Below are positions 6,571 through 15,471 of a stretch of 36,164 bases of DNA, in pieces. This DNA comes from a virus (lineage: Duplodnaviria > Caudoviricetes). A program made the position numbers and the translations under genes. The notes beneath the pieces were generated by a model. It worked only from the letters and a program-made list of their open reading frames with translations, had not been told where the DNA came from and searched no databases. Each line of letters starts with the position of its first letter. Position 1 is the stretch's first letter. The DNA is taken from the IMG/VR virus record IMGVR_UViG_3300033407_000072, positions 1 through 36,164 of that record; one strand, given 5' to 3'.

Positions 6571-7047
6571 ATGACCACCCTCGACCAGACCCCGGCAATC
6601 AGCGCCCGGCGAGCGAAGCAGGCCGAACGCATCCGGATGGCCCTCGGCAAAGCCGGCCTCTCAAACAAAGCGTTCGAAAAGGTCTCCAGCCAGCGAGGCG
6701 TTCGCCAGATCCCACGCAACCGGATCGCGACGCTGCAAGCCGGGACCGCCAAGCAGGTCCTGGACGACGAGCTCGTAACGGTCGCTATGGTGTGCGACGT
6801 CTCACTGGCCTTCATCTCAGGTGAAACCGTCACCCTCGACGGCTACGAAGCCAGTAAAGCTAATCCGGGGTATCTCAATCCTGAGACCATCAACCGTTCG
6901 CGCATCGACCACGCCATCGGCGACTGCATCGGCTGTGCCATCGACCGCAACTTCCACGTCGTGGACGAATGGAACTACCACGACCCGATCACCGGACAGA
7001 TCGAGCTGATACTCGACCTCACCGGAAATCTCGCCGAAGCCGTATAG
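6571..7047 (+). CDS. Immunity repressor (XRE-like HTH) with C-terminal extension
   Basis: AERIRMALGKAGLS...RIATLQAG...ELVTVAMVCDVSLAFISG XRE pattern; divergent from Cro-like gene and upstream of integrase. Confidence 0.75.
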   Translation: MTTLDQTPAISARRAKQAERIRMALGKAGLSNKAFEKVSSQRGVRQIPRNRIATLQAGTAKQVLDDELVTVAMVCDVSLAFISGETVTLDGYEASKANPGYLNPETINRSRIDHAIGDCIGCAIDRNFHVVDEWNYHDPITGQIELILDLTGNLAEAV

Positions 7048-7073
7048 GGCGTTCGGCCCATCGACCGTCGTGC

Positions 7074-7901
7074 ATGGGGTGCCACTATGGCCTCTTGTCC
7101 AGGTTCCGCGACCACCTCGTCGCGTCTGGATTGGCGGACAACACCATCAGGGCCTATGACCTGAGACTCCGACAAGCGTTGGAATGGTGCGACGGGGCAG
7201 ACGTCGATCTTGAGCGTGCCACAGCACTCCAACTGCGTGCACTGAGCGAAGCGTTCCCTAAGACCCACACGAGACGCAGACAGTTACGGTCCGCGTTGCG
7301 GTGGTACTACCAGATGATCGAACGACACGACTCGCCACTCGGGGCGATACAGGTCCCGAAGAAACCGCACTACCGGAACCGTGCCCTCTCCACACACGAG
7401 GCCCGGCTGCTTTCCAAGACGGCACGGCATTGGAACCCCGAAGGACTGGTCGTAACCGTCGCCCTCCACATGGCGTTGAGGGTCCACGAGATCGCCACGA
7501 TGCGGTGGGACCGGTTCGACGGGACCTGGTATCAGGTGCTCGGCAAAGGCGACGAGACGTGGCCGATGCCGGTGCATCCGAAGATCACCGCGCAGCTCCG
7601 CACCTATCGTCGCGACGGCCCGTACCTGTTCCCCGGGTCACGGGGCCGGGAGCATGTCACCGACACAACCGTGTGGAAGTGGGTACGCAAGGTGTCGAAC
7701 GAGGCGGGGATCGGCGACGTGCAGCCGCATGTGCTCCGCCACACGGCGATCACCAACGCGAACGACCACACGCCGGACATCGCAGCGGTGGCCCGGTTCG
7801 CGCGGCATGTCCGGTTGGAAACTACCAGGCTGTATGTGCGGACCACCGACGAACAGGTCGAGGGTGTCGTGTGGGCGATCGACTACGAAGAGGACCAATA
7901 G
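7074..7901 (+). CDS. int: Tyrosine recombinase/integrase (XerC-like, no arm-binding domain)
   Basis: Catalytic R (ALRVHE), K (GKG), HxxR (PHVLRH), H (ARH), Y (TRLY); ~275 aa from ATG 7074. Confidence 0.93.
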   Translation: MGCHYGLLSRFRDHLVASGLADNTIRAYDLRLRQALEWCDGADVDLERATALQLRALSEAFPKTHTRRRQLRSALRWYYQMIERHDSPLGAIQVPKKPHYRNRALSTHEARLLSKTARHWNPEGLVVTVALHMALRVHEIATMRWDRFDGTWYQVLGKGDETWPMPVHPKITAQLRTYRRDGPYLFPGSRGREHVTDTTVWKWVRKVSNEAGIGDVQPHVLRHTAITNANDHTPDIAAVARFARHVRLETTRLYVRTTDEQVEGVVWAIDYEEDQ

Positions 7902-7905
7902 AGGA

Positions 7906-7939
7906 AGCCCCCCGATCCTCCGAAGAGAACCGAGGGGCT
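7906..7939. terminator. Imperfect hairpin between convergent integrase and lysis operons
   Basis: AGCCCCCCGATCCTC-CGAA-GAGAACCGAGGGGCT. Confidence 0.5.
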
Positions 7940-7968
7940 ATCGAACTCCAGACCGGCGTGGATCAAGT

Positions 7969-8073
7969 CTAGCCGGGCGGGTCGTCACCACCCCACAAGC
8001 GTGGAATCAGGACGAGCAGAGAGATCACGACGACCACGGTGCCGCCGATCACCCAGGGAAGCCACGGGTCCAC
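7969..8073 (-). CDS. Small single-TM protein after holin (MDPWLPWVIGGTVVVVISLLVLIPRLWGGDDPPG)
   Basis: GAGGAGG RBS before GTG; one hydrophobic helix. Confidence 0.6.
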   Translation of the reverse strand: MDPWLPWVIGGTVVVVISLLVLIPRLWGGDDPPG

Positions 8074-8084
8074 GCCGCACCTCC

Positions 8085-8300
8085 TCACACGGGGCCTCGT
8101 TCGACGCCGATGCGTCCCAGGACTTGGAGACGCTGGACAGCAACCGACTTGGCGAACGAGAAGAGGGTGGTCGCCCCGACCGTCGCGAGAATCGGGATGG
8201 TCACGTCAAGTAGCGATTCGACTGCGATCACAGCCAGAGCGGATTCGATCGACGTCCAGAGGGCTCGTTCGGTGATGGCAGGCCATGTCATCTTCGTCAT
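8085..8300 (-). CDS. Holin (r1t-like, 2 TM)
   Basis: ERALWT motif, two hydrophobic segments, directly downstream of endolysin; AAGGAG RBS. Confidence 0.8.
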   Translation of the reverse strand: MTKMTWPAITERALWTSIESALAVIAVESLLDVTIPILATVGATTLFSFAKSVAVQRLQVLGRIGVERGPV

Positions 8301-8318
8301 GTGGGTCTCCTTTGATGT

Positions 8319-9410
8319 TCAGGCGGCACGGATACGGCGGACTTTGGTGGCGACGTTGGGCCCGTGGTCGGGGCCGGCCCACCGCCAACCGTCGGATAGG
8401 AGCGACCGGGCAGTCCCGCGGATCGAATCGAAGTGGCGGGGATCGACACGCAACTCGCCGGGTATCCACAGGCCGGCGTAGAGGGCGGCATGCTGGATCA
8501 CTGCTCGCACGCCGGTCTCGTCGTCGGGGAAGCGGGCGTGCGCGTCGGGATCATTGTTGTCGCCGCCGGCGGTGGTCTTGATGCCGCCCCAATTGTGATG
8601 CTCGGGCCCGAGCACGCCGCCGAAGTGTCCGCCGGCGGCCTCATGGTCCATGATGGCGGCCGGGACAGCCGGGTCGACGCCGTAGGCGACGGACTGGGGC
8701 CAGACGCAGACCATGAGCTCGCGGAAGCGGGCGGTGCCTCTACGGGCGGTGGCGTAGCGTTGCAGCTGCGGCAATGTCACTGTGGGGGCTGCGAGGATCG
8801 GCACGTCGTCGGCGGGGGCGTCGGGTGGCGGTGTGCCAGTCGGGGGAGGGGCTGGCGGGTCGAGGGTGATCCGGGGGAGAGCTGCGAACAGGTGGCCGCC
8901 GGGGCAGGCTGTCGCTTTGGTGTCCCGATGCCCGTAGACGATCCGGCCTGCCGGATGCGTGTCGGTCAGGTTCGGGAACCCGGATTTGCGGAGCCACCGT
9001 ATCCGGTTGTCGATCGACGCGATCACCACGTCGATCGCGTCAGGGTCGCCCAGGTCGAAGTTCCCGGCGACCGCCCAACCGAACCCGGCCGTGTTATGAC
9101 CGGCCGTGTGCGCCCCGGTGCGGGACAGGCCGCGGCCTTCCATGATCGCCACATCCAGGTTCTCGAGAACGTAGAACACTTCGGTGTAGGGGATGTCTTT
9201 GCCGAGGTCGGGGCGGATGGTCTGTAGCTGCCGCTGATATTTGATGGCGTTCTTGATGGTCCAGCGGTTCTTGGTGAAGTCCGACGTGTCCACCGCGGCG
9301 GTGTGATGGATGTGTGCTTCGGTGCGTCTGGCCGGATCGACGTTGAAGCCGAGCCGGGGAAGATTCGTGTTCACACCCCAGTCGGCGCGCGACAGGTAGC
9401 GGTCAGCCAT
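8319..9410 (-). CDS. Endolysin: N-acetylmuramoyl-L-alanine amidase (PGRP/Amidase_2) + Pro linker + glucosaminidase-like domain
   Basis: HIHHTA, DIPY, EGRG, GAHTAGHN, GHRDTKATACPG; C-terminal YGVDPAV...HE.....FGG....HNWGGIK...HARF. Confidence 0.9.
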   Translation of the reverse strand: MADRYLSRADWGVNTNLPRLGFNVDPARRTEAHIHHTAAVDTSDFTKNRWTIKNAIKYQRQLQTIRPDLGKDIPYTEVFYVLENLDVAIMEGRGLSRTGAHTAGHNTAGFGWAVAGNFDLGDPDAIDVVIASIDNRIRWLRKSGFPNLTDTHPAGRIVYGHRDTKATACPGGHLFAALPRITLDPPAPPPTGTPPPDAPADDVPILAAPTVTLPQLQRYATARRGTARFRELMVCVWPQSVAYGVDPAVPAAIMDHEAAGGHFGGVLGPEHHNWGGIKTTAGGDNNDPDAHARFPDDETGVRAVIQHAALYAGLWIPGELRVDPRHFDSIRGTARSLLSDGWRWAGPDHGPNVATKVRRIRAA

Positions 9411-9436
9411 ACGGAGCTCTCCTTCGTGATTAGTGG

Positions 9437-9757
9437 TCAGCCGCCGAGGGCCCGGATGAGTCCGGCGACAGACCCGCCGGCGACGACGCCCGCCCCGGCG
9501 AACGCCCACAAGAGCCTGTCGATCTTCTTCTCGACCCGGTCGATACGTTCATGTGCCCGGGCGTCACCGTCACGGCGGCGTTCGTCGATCCCGTCGTGGA
9601 CGTTCTGCGAGTCCCGGCCGAGCACTTCGAGCATTTCGGTACGTTTGAGCAGGCCGAGATGTCCGATGGAGTCGTCGCCGAGGAGTGCCCGTTCAACGCG
9701 GGAGAAACGTCTGGAGAGGTCTTCGAGGAGATGCTCGGTGGTCAGGTCGGGGGGCAT
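9437..9757 (-). CDS. Lysis-cassette membrane protein (coiled coil + C-terminal TM, XhlA-like)
   Basis: RAHERIDRVEKKIDRLLWAFAGAGVVAGG; AGGAG RBS; upstream of endolysin. Confidence 0.7.
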   Translation of the reverse strand: MPPDLTTEHLLEDLSRRFSRVERALLGDDSIGHLGLLKRTEMLEVLGRDSQNVHDGIDERRRDGDARAHERIDRVEKKIDRLLWAFAGAGVVAGGSVAGLIRALGG

Positions 9758-9789
9758 TGAATCTCCTGGCCTAGACAACATCGGGTACG

Positions 9790-10629
9790 GTGATCTGGGT
9801 GAAAACGCTTCAAGCCTTGGAACGTCGGATCGTCCCCTTTTTGATTGACCGGTGGGCGCCGTCAGAGCTGATCCGTGCATCATGGAAGTACGCACCGAAA
9901 CCGCCGGCTGGGACGGTTAACGCGGCCGGTTTCCGGTTCGACATCGACCCTCGTGGCGGACGGCCGAACGATGCCGCCCTCTACTACCACGGCACCTACG
10001 AAGCGGGCACGGTGCAGGTGCTTTCCCGGGTGGCTGCCGGCGGGATCTTGGTCGACGCCGGAGCCCACATCGGGGCGATCGCTCTTCCCCTATCTCGGCA
10101 TGCGTCACACGTGCATGCCTTTGAACCTCATCCTCGGACTCACACTGTCCTCGCGGCGAACGCAGACCGCAACGGGCTGACGAACGTGACCGCCCATCAT
10201 GCAGCCATCGGACTTAGGGACGGGACGGGGATGGTCACCGACCTGGACAACGCTGCCGGGAACACGCTCGCGGACGGGACGGGTTCTATCCCGGTGCCAG
10301 TGAGGAGCCTCGACTCTCTCACCGACGAGTACGGCCCGCCCGCGGCGATCAAACTGGACGTCGAAGGATGGGAGCTCGACGCGTTGAAAGGTGGGGAACG
10401 GCTGCTGTCGTCCGGCGACGCGCCCGCCTTGTGTGTTGAGTCGTCGACGATCGGAGCTGGGGACCGGTCCGGTGTGGTGGAGTGGATCCTTGATGTGAAC
10501 GACTATCGGGTGTTCCGGTTGAGCCGGGGGAAGGACACGAGGTCTGATCTGGTGCCGTTCGATGGGCGGATGCCACGTCACGACAACCTGTTCTATCTTC
10601 GCCCGTCCCACATGGGGGCAGTCCTATGA
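9790..10629 (+). CDS. FkbM-family SAM-dependent methyltransferase
   Basis: LVDAGAHIG, VHAFEP, SLDSL, IKLDVEGWELDALKG motifs. Confidence 0.9.
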   Translation: MIWVKTLQALERRIVPFLIDRWAPSELIRASWKYAPKPPAGTVNAAGFRFDIDPRGGRPNDAALYYHGTYEAGTVQVLSRVAAGGILVDAGAHIGAIALPLSRHASHVHAFEPHPRTHTVLAANADRNGLTNVTAHHAAIGLRDGTGMVTDLDNAAGNTLADGTGSIPVPVRSLDSLTDEYGPPAAIKLDVEGWELDALKGGERLLSSGDAPALCVESSTIGAGDRSGVVEWILDVNDYRVFRLSRGKDTRSDLVPFDGRMPRHDNLFYLRPSHMGAVL

Positions 10630-10754
10630 GGTGGGTTGTTGCGGGTGTGGGTGTGGTCGTCGTGTGGGTGGCGGTCGCAGTGTGGCTTGAAATGATCGAT
10701 ACCCACCGGACACTCCGGAGGGTATCCCGGGGTGAAACCCCGGGGGAACATTGA
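10626..10754 (+). CDS. Small membrane protein (MRWVVAGVGVVVVWVAVAVWLEM..., 42 aa)
   Basis: ATGA overlap with FkbM stop; one TM helix. Confidence 0.55.
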   Translation: MRWVVAGVGVVVVWVAVAVWLEMIDTHRTLRRVSRGETPGEH

Positions 10755-10789
10755 CCTAGACCCCCTCCGAACGGTTCCATCGCCGACGG

Positions 10790-11644
10790 TCAGGCGAGCT
10801 TGCGGAACGAGTCGACGATAAAGTCCCCAGCCCCGGTCCCGAATATCCGGCCGACCCCCACATGGGCGATGGTGATGCCGTCGAAGGCGCGTGTCGTCGT
10901 GTATTTCGGAATGAGAATCCGGTCGTGGGGTGAGACGCCGCATGTGACAGTTTCGGCGGTGTCGTCCCATGCGAGCGTCAACCAGATCGGCCACCCGTAC
11001 GAGGCGAAGAGATTGGTCGGGAAGTCGAATGTTGTGTCTGTGGCCCCCGCCCCGTTCGCCCATGAGGTGACCTGACGGAGAAACACGTCGGCGTCGCCGT
11101 TGTCGACGAACACGCCCGTGCCGTTCCCGGAGGTGTCAACGACGAACAAGCCAAACATGACGCGGGACGAGGCGGGCTGATGCATCGCCACCCGACAACC
11201 GATAGTGAAGTCCCCCGACGGGACCGCCTGATAGATCGCCTGGTCGGCGGACTCACCGGAAGGAATATCCAGATACAGGCAGCCGGCGGCGACCGCGTCA
11301 TCCAACACCAGCCACGAGGCTGTCCCCAGGTTCCGTTTCGACCATTTCGCGTCGAGCCCGTTCGACGGTCCCGACATGTTCGTAGCGTCGTTGAACTCGT
11401 CATCCTCGGTAGCCGCCGCCGCGGCAGGGGTGTGGATGAACGCCTTGGTGTCGAACACCGAACCGCCGCCACCACCTGACGCGGTGGAACCGACCGTCAC
11501 GTCCACTTCGTCGTTACCCGAATCGTCGGAGACGGTCAGGGTGATGTCGGTGCCTTCGATCAGGTTGATCGCCGAGCGAGTGCCTATGAGCGTCCCGGCC
11601 TTCTTCACCGCGACCTTGTTGTCAGCGTCCGGTATCCATCCCAT
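10790..11644 (-). CDS. Minor tail/receptor-binding protein (Gly linker + beta-sandwich/lectin-like domain)
   Basis: Last tail gene; INLIEG.DITLTV N-terminal motif, GGGGG linker, DDEFN...W beta-rich domain. Confidence 0.7.
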   Translation of the reverse strand: MGWIPDADNKVAVKKAGTLIGTRSAINLIEGTDITLTVSDDSGNDEVDVTVGSTASGGGGGSVFDTKAFIHTPAAAAATEDDEFNDATNMSGPSNGLDAKWSKRNLGTASWLVLDDAVAAGCLYLDIPSGESADQAIYQAVPSGDFTIGCRVAMHQPASSRVMFGLFVVDTSGNGTGVFVDNGDADVFLRQVTSWANGAGATDTTFDFPTNLFASYGWPIWLTLAWDDTAETVTCGVSPHDRILIPKYTTTRAFDGITIAHVGVGRIFGTGAGDFIVDSFRKLA

Positions 11645-11648
11645 CAGC

Positions 11649-14600
11649 TCATACCTCCGGCACGATCCAGATCGACGTCGATGACACGCTCACGCCGCCC
11701 TGATCTCTGAGGACGATCCGCACCGTGTTCGCCCCCGGATTCAGGAAGCTGGCGATATCGGTGGGACCGCGGGCAGCTGGCGGGTCCGTGAGGTCGGTGT
11801 GCTCGAGCACCCCGTTCACGTAGATGTCGATGGCGTTGTCGACCGTGTATGCGCCGGTCCCGTCCGACTCCCTCGACACCATGACCGTGCCGGACGTGTA
11901 GAACAGCTCGAAGGTGGCATCCAAGAACACTTCGTTGGTGGGTGATGCTGGTCTAACAGCAACCCCGGCTGTGACGAGGATCGGACCGTCCGCTCCCACC
12001 TCCCGATCGACCAAGTAGACCGCAAGGGTTGCGGACGCCAGATCCTGGGCGGAGGCGTCATCCGCATCGACATAAACGCGGATCAGATCACCAGCTTTGC
12101 AGGGGATCGCCGGGGCCACACTCGAAAACCTGGACGCTCCGGTAGCCGTCCACACGGCCGGGTCGTCGGCGGGCGGCCACACTGTCAGCTCGGCGCCTCC
12201 CCGGTCGCGGGTGACCCACACGGACCCGCCAGCCGTCCACGTCGACCAGCCGAGCGTGACAGCCACGTTGTAGTAGCCGGGCCGCTCGATCCGGAAGGCG
12301 TTGCGGGGCAGCGACGTGGACCCGTCGAATCCGACCGGCGGGATGTGAACCGTGTCCCATTCGATCGGCTCACCGTCGACAGCGATTGACTGGGTCGCCG
12401 CACGGGTCAGGTGAAGATATGCGCCGGAACTGTCCCCGGCGAGCGGCGGAGCTGCCTGCGGTATCGGCCCTTGACTGATCCTGCCCCTGTCGTCTTCGAG
12501 GGGAGTGAACTTGCGGAGCATCCGGCGGATCGCCTCATACGCTCCGTCCTCGCCGGGGTAGAAGCGTGAGCCGGTGATCTCGTAGATGGCGGGTTCGGTG
12601 TTCGTCCAGGTGATCTGACGGACCCGCTTCGCCGTCTTGTCCAGGGCGGTGGGGAATTGGAACCACATCCGGTCGCCCGGGCGGTATGCGACGAGCGGCC
12701 TCGGATGATCAGCCGCCGCGCGGACGACGGCGTGGACGGCCTGCCGGTTCCGCTGCTCGGCGGACAGCTGCTCATCGGCCACCGCCTGCAGCGACGCCGT
12801 CGAGGCGAGAGTCCGGTCCCCGACGTAGCGTTCCATCCGTCCGAAGTTCGCCAACGCGGTCGCATCCGAATCTTCGAGGATGGTGTTGGCTGCCCCTTCG
12901 ACGAGGACCGACGTGTAGGCGGGTATGCGGGAGATGACTTCTCCGTCGATGACGGACTGGCCGACGTTCAGGGCGGGGGATGCTGCTGTCGTGTGGTCGG
13001 TCTGGCGGCCTTCCGGCCCGTACACGTGGAAGTCATGTGTTTTGCCGCCTGACGGTGTGGTTTTGGGGCGGAGCTCCCATTCGTAGCCGAGGCGGGTGAT
13101 CTTGTCGAGGAGCTGCCCGTACCACATGCCGCGGTGGATGGTGATGGACTCTTCCCGTGGCCACGCCACTCCCGCCGAGTCCAACGTGGCGGTGATACTG
13201 GAGTAGTCGATCCAGTCGAGGATGGTGCCGCGGATGTCGGCGGCGTGGTCGACGGTGGCGTCGTCGAGGAGGTCGATGAGGATCCGGCCGAGCAGCTGCG
13301 GGCCCAAGCCGATTTCGAAGTGGGCGTTGCGGATGTAGAACTTCGCCCACGCCGTCTCGTCGGTGTCGACGGTGGCGATCCGGACGATGATCTGGGTGGT
13401 GTTCTCCGGGATCTGCACATCCGACAGGGACATCTCGGTGAACGAGCCGGTCGCGAGCTGGGTGCCGCCCGTGTAGGACGGGTCGGCTCCGTTCGGAATC
13501 GAGTTCTCGTTGAGATCGCGCAGGACGAATCGGAAGTCGCCGGCGACGGTGGGCTGCACTTCGATCGAGGATTGCGCCAGCGCGCCCGGGTCGACGTCGA
13601 GGACGACCTGGCCGCCGCCGTACCGGCGGGTGGGAATGACCACAATGCAGTCGGCTGGTTCACCCAGCGACGTGTCTGACGCCCGTATCGTCGTGTCCTG
13701 GCCGTGGACCAGGCCGGTGTTGGGGTTTCTGCTCACCGTCCACGGATGCGGATCTCCGGCCCCGCCAGCGGCTTCTCGGGTGACAGTGACCGGCTGACAC
13801 GAAACAAGCGACGAGTCGTCGACGGTCATGAGGGCGACGGCCTGTTCGCCGGGGTCGACGAACTCGACGTGAATGTCGGCGTGGTCGAAAGTGCCGCGGG
13901 AGTCGTAGAACTCTTCGACCTCGACCGCCACCGCGATCACGTTGGTGAGTGCGACGAGGGCGGCGTCGATCTGTTGGGCGGTCGTGTGCCAGGTGGCCGG
14001 GTCCCCCGAATGCGGGTTCCATGGCAGCGCCGAAGTCGTCTGCCCGTCGAAGGTGAGGGTGATCTCCCCGGACGGGACCTCCTGGGCGAGCGCATCATCA
14101 GCGTGGGCGGCTGCCGTCGTGTCCGCGTATCCGCGGGTGACGGTCAGGGTGTTCGACGCGACACCTGTGACACGCATCTGCTCTGAGTCGACAAGGATCG
14201 AGAACGGGACCGACGCGAAGAACACGGATGCGTCGTCCACGTCGAAGCTGGTGGCCCCCGCGGTGATGGCGCCGACGATCGCCGAGGAGCGGAACACTCC
14301 GTCGATGTGGATCCGCTGCACTTCGTTGAGGATGTTGTCGGTGCCGGACGGGTTCGAGATCAGGTTCCGTGACCCGTACACGTGGTCGGGGAACTTCGAT
14401 GGGGCGACCGGATAGTCCCACGGGTAGACGACTGCACTGTCGAAGGCGGCGCCGGCGAGGTCCGGGCCGCCGGCCACCGTGACCTTCTTGCCGACCAGTG
14501 GGCGGGGGGACCGGGCGACGACGAACTCTTGGATGGTTGTCGTCCCGTCGATGGCTTTGACCAGCCGGCCGGCGGTGTCGGAGATGAGCTCGTCGTGGCG

Positions 14601-14753
14601 GTCGTAGTCCCATGGGACTGTGAACTGGGCCTCACCGAAGTCCGACAGGGGCACCGTACCGGAGGCGGCACCGACCGGTACGGGAAGGTCGGCGATGACC
14701 CGCTCGAAGGTGTTGGACCATGGGAGTGTCCACGCTTCGAACCTCAGCCCCAT
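11649..14753 (-). CDS. Large minor tail (tail tip/hub) protein, multidomain
   Basis: 1034 aa after Dit; FGRMERYV, YRPGD hub-like motifs; C-terminal beta-rich modules. Confidence 0.8.
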   Translation of the reverse strand: MGLRFEAWTLPWSNTFERVIADLPVPVGAASGTVPLSDFGEAQFTVPWDYDRHDELISDTAGRLVKAIDGTTTIQEFVVARSPRPLVGKKVTVAGGPDLAGAAFDSAVVYPWDYPVAPSKFPDHVYGSRNLISNPSGTDNILNEVQRIHIDGVFRSSAIVGAITAGATSFDVDDASVFFASVPFSILVDSEQMRVTGVASNTLTVTRGYADTTAAAHADDALAQEVPSGEITLTFDGQTTSALPWNPHSGDPATWHTTAQQIDAALVALTNVIAVAVEVEEFYDSRGTFDHADIHVEFVDPGEQAVALMTVDDSSLVSCQPVTVTREAAGGAGDPHPWTVSRNPNTGLVHGQDTTIRASDTSLGEPADCIVVIPTRRYGGGQVVLDVDPGALAQSSIEVQPTVAGDFRFVLRDLNENSIPNGADPSYTGGTQLATGSFTEMSLSDVQIPENTTQIIVRIATVDTDETAWAKFYIRNAHFEIGLGPQLLGRILIDLLDDATVDHAADIRGTILDWIDYSSITATLDSAGVAWPREESITIHRGMWYGQLLDKITRLGYEWELRPKTTPSGGKTHDFHVYGPEGRQTDHTTAASPALNVGQSVIDGEVISRIPAYTSVLVEGAANTILEDSDATALANFGRMERYVGDRTLASTASLQAVADEQLSAEQRNRQAVHAVVRAAADHPRPLVAYRPGDRMWFQFPTALDKTAKRVRQITWTNTEPAIYEITGSRFYPGEDGAYEAIRRMLRKFTPLEDDRGRISQGPIPQAAPPLAGDSSGAYLHLTRAATQSIAVDGEPIEWDTVHIPPVGFDGSTSLPRNAFRIERPGYYNVAVTLGWSTWTAGGSVWVTRDRGGAELTVWPPADDPAVWTATGASRFSSVAPAIPCKAGDLIRVYVDADDASAQDLASATLAVYLVDREVGADGPILVTAGVAVRPASPTNEVFLDATFELFYTSGTVMVSRESDGTGAYTVDNAIDIYVNGVLEHTDLTDPPAARGPTDIASFLNPGANTVRIVLRDQGGVSVSSTSIWIVPEV

Positions 14754-14754
14754 G

Positions 14755-15471
14755 TCAGGCGCTCTTGTTTCGCCACGAAACCGTGATGTTCACAGTGGAG
14801 GTGATCGTCTGGGCGGCGGCCGGGGAGAACCTCCACCACCACGGCTGATCCACGGTGAGGAACGAATCCTGGTGTGCGCTGGCCTTCTTCACGGTGCGGG
14901 CCCCACAGTCAACGTCGTAGGTGCCGGCGCCGGCGGCGGCGTCGACGGTGATATTCGACACCACCCCGTTCTCGTCGGTGTGGGTGGCGGTGCCGGGCCC
15001 GGCGAACGTCACGGTCATGTCGTCGATCGGCCGGTCACCGCCGGTGGTGACCGCCGGGGTGGTGGACGGTCCGACACTGGTAGCGGCGGCGTCTTCCCAG
15101 AAGCCGGCCGGGTTGCGAAGCCGGAACAGGTAGGTGAACCGGTCCTGGGTGGGCATCGGATCGGCGAGCAGCTCCACCGCCGCCCTGATCGCACCCTTGT
15201 ACGGGTCGGTGTAGGCGAGGGTGACGTGCCCGGTGGATTTGCCGAGCAGCCGGGAGATCTCCGACAGGTGCTCTTCGGTGTCCTCGAGAAGCACCCCGAC
15301 TTCGAGGAGCAGGTCGACCGGCGCATACCATTTGTCCGGGTCTGACCATTCGCCATGCCGGTGCGGGATGATCAGGTTTTGACCGCGTTTGAACCCGGAC
15401 GTGTGTTTGAGCAGCCGCGCGAATCGGGCGTGGGTGGGGACGAGGGCGGTGCCGTCGGCTGTGAACGACAT
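14755..15471 (-). CDS. Distal tail protein (Dit-like)
   Basis: 238 aa directly after tape measure; GQNLIIPHRHG and ..WRNK C-terminus. Confidence 0.75.
   Translation of the reverse strand: MSFTADGTALVPTHARFARLLKHTSGFKRGQNLIIPHRHGEWSDPDKWYAPVDLLLEVGVLLEDTEEHLSEISRLLGKSTGHVTLAYTDPYKGAIRAAVELLADPMPTQDRFTYLFRLRNPAGFWEDAAATSVGPSTTPAVTTGGDRPIDDMTVTFAGPGTATHTDENGVVSNITVDAAAGAGTYDVDCGARTVKKASAHQDSFLTVDQPWWWRFSPAAAQTITSTVNITVSWRNKSA

Noticed and set aside
10790-14753. Diversity-generating retroelement or invertible tail-fibre cassette
   Set aside because: No reverse transcriptase, no template/variable repeat pair and no flanking inverted repeats seen
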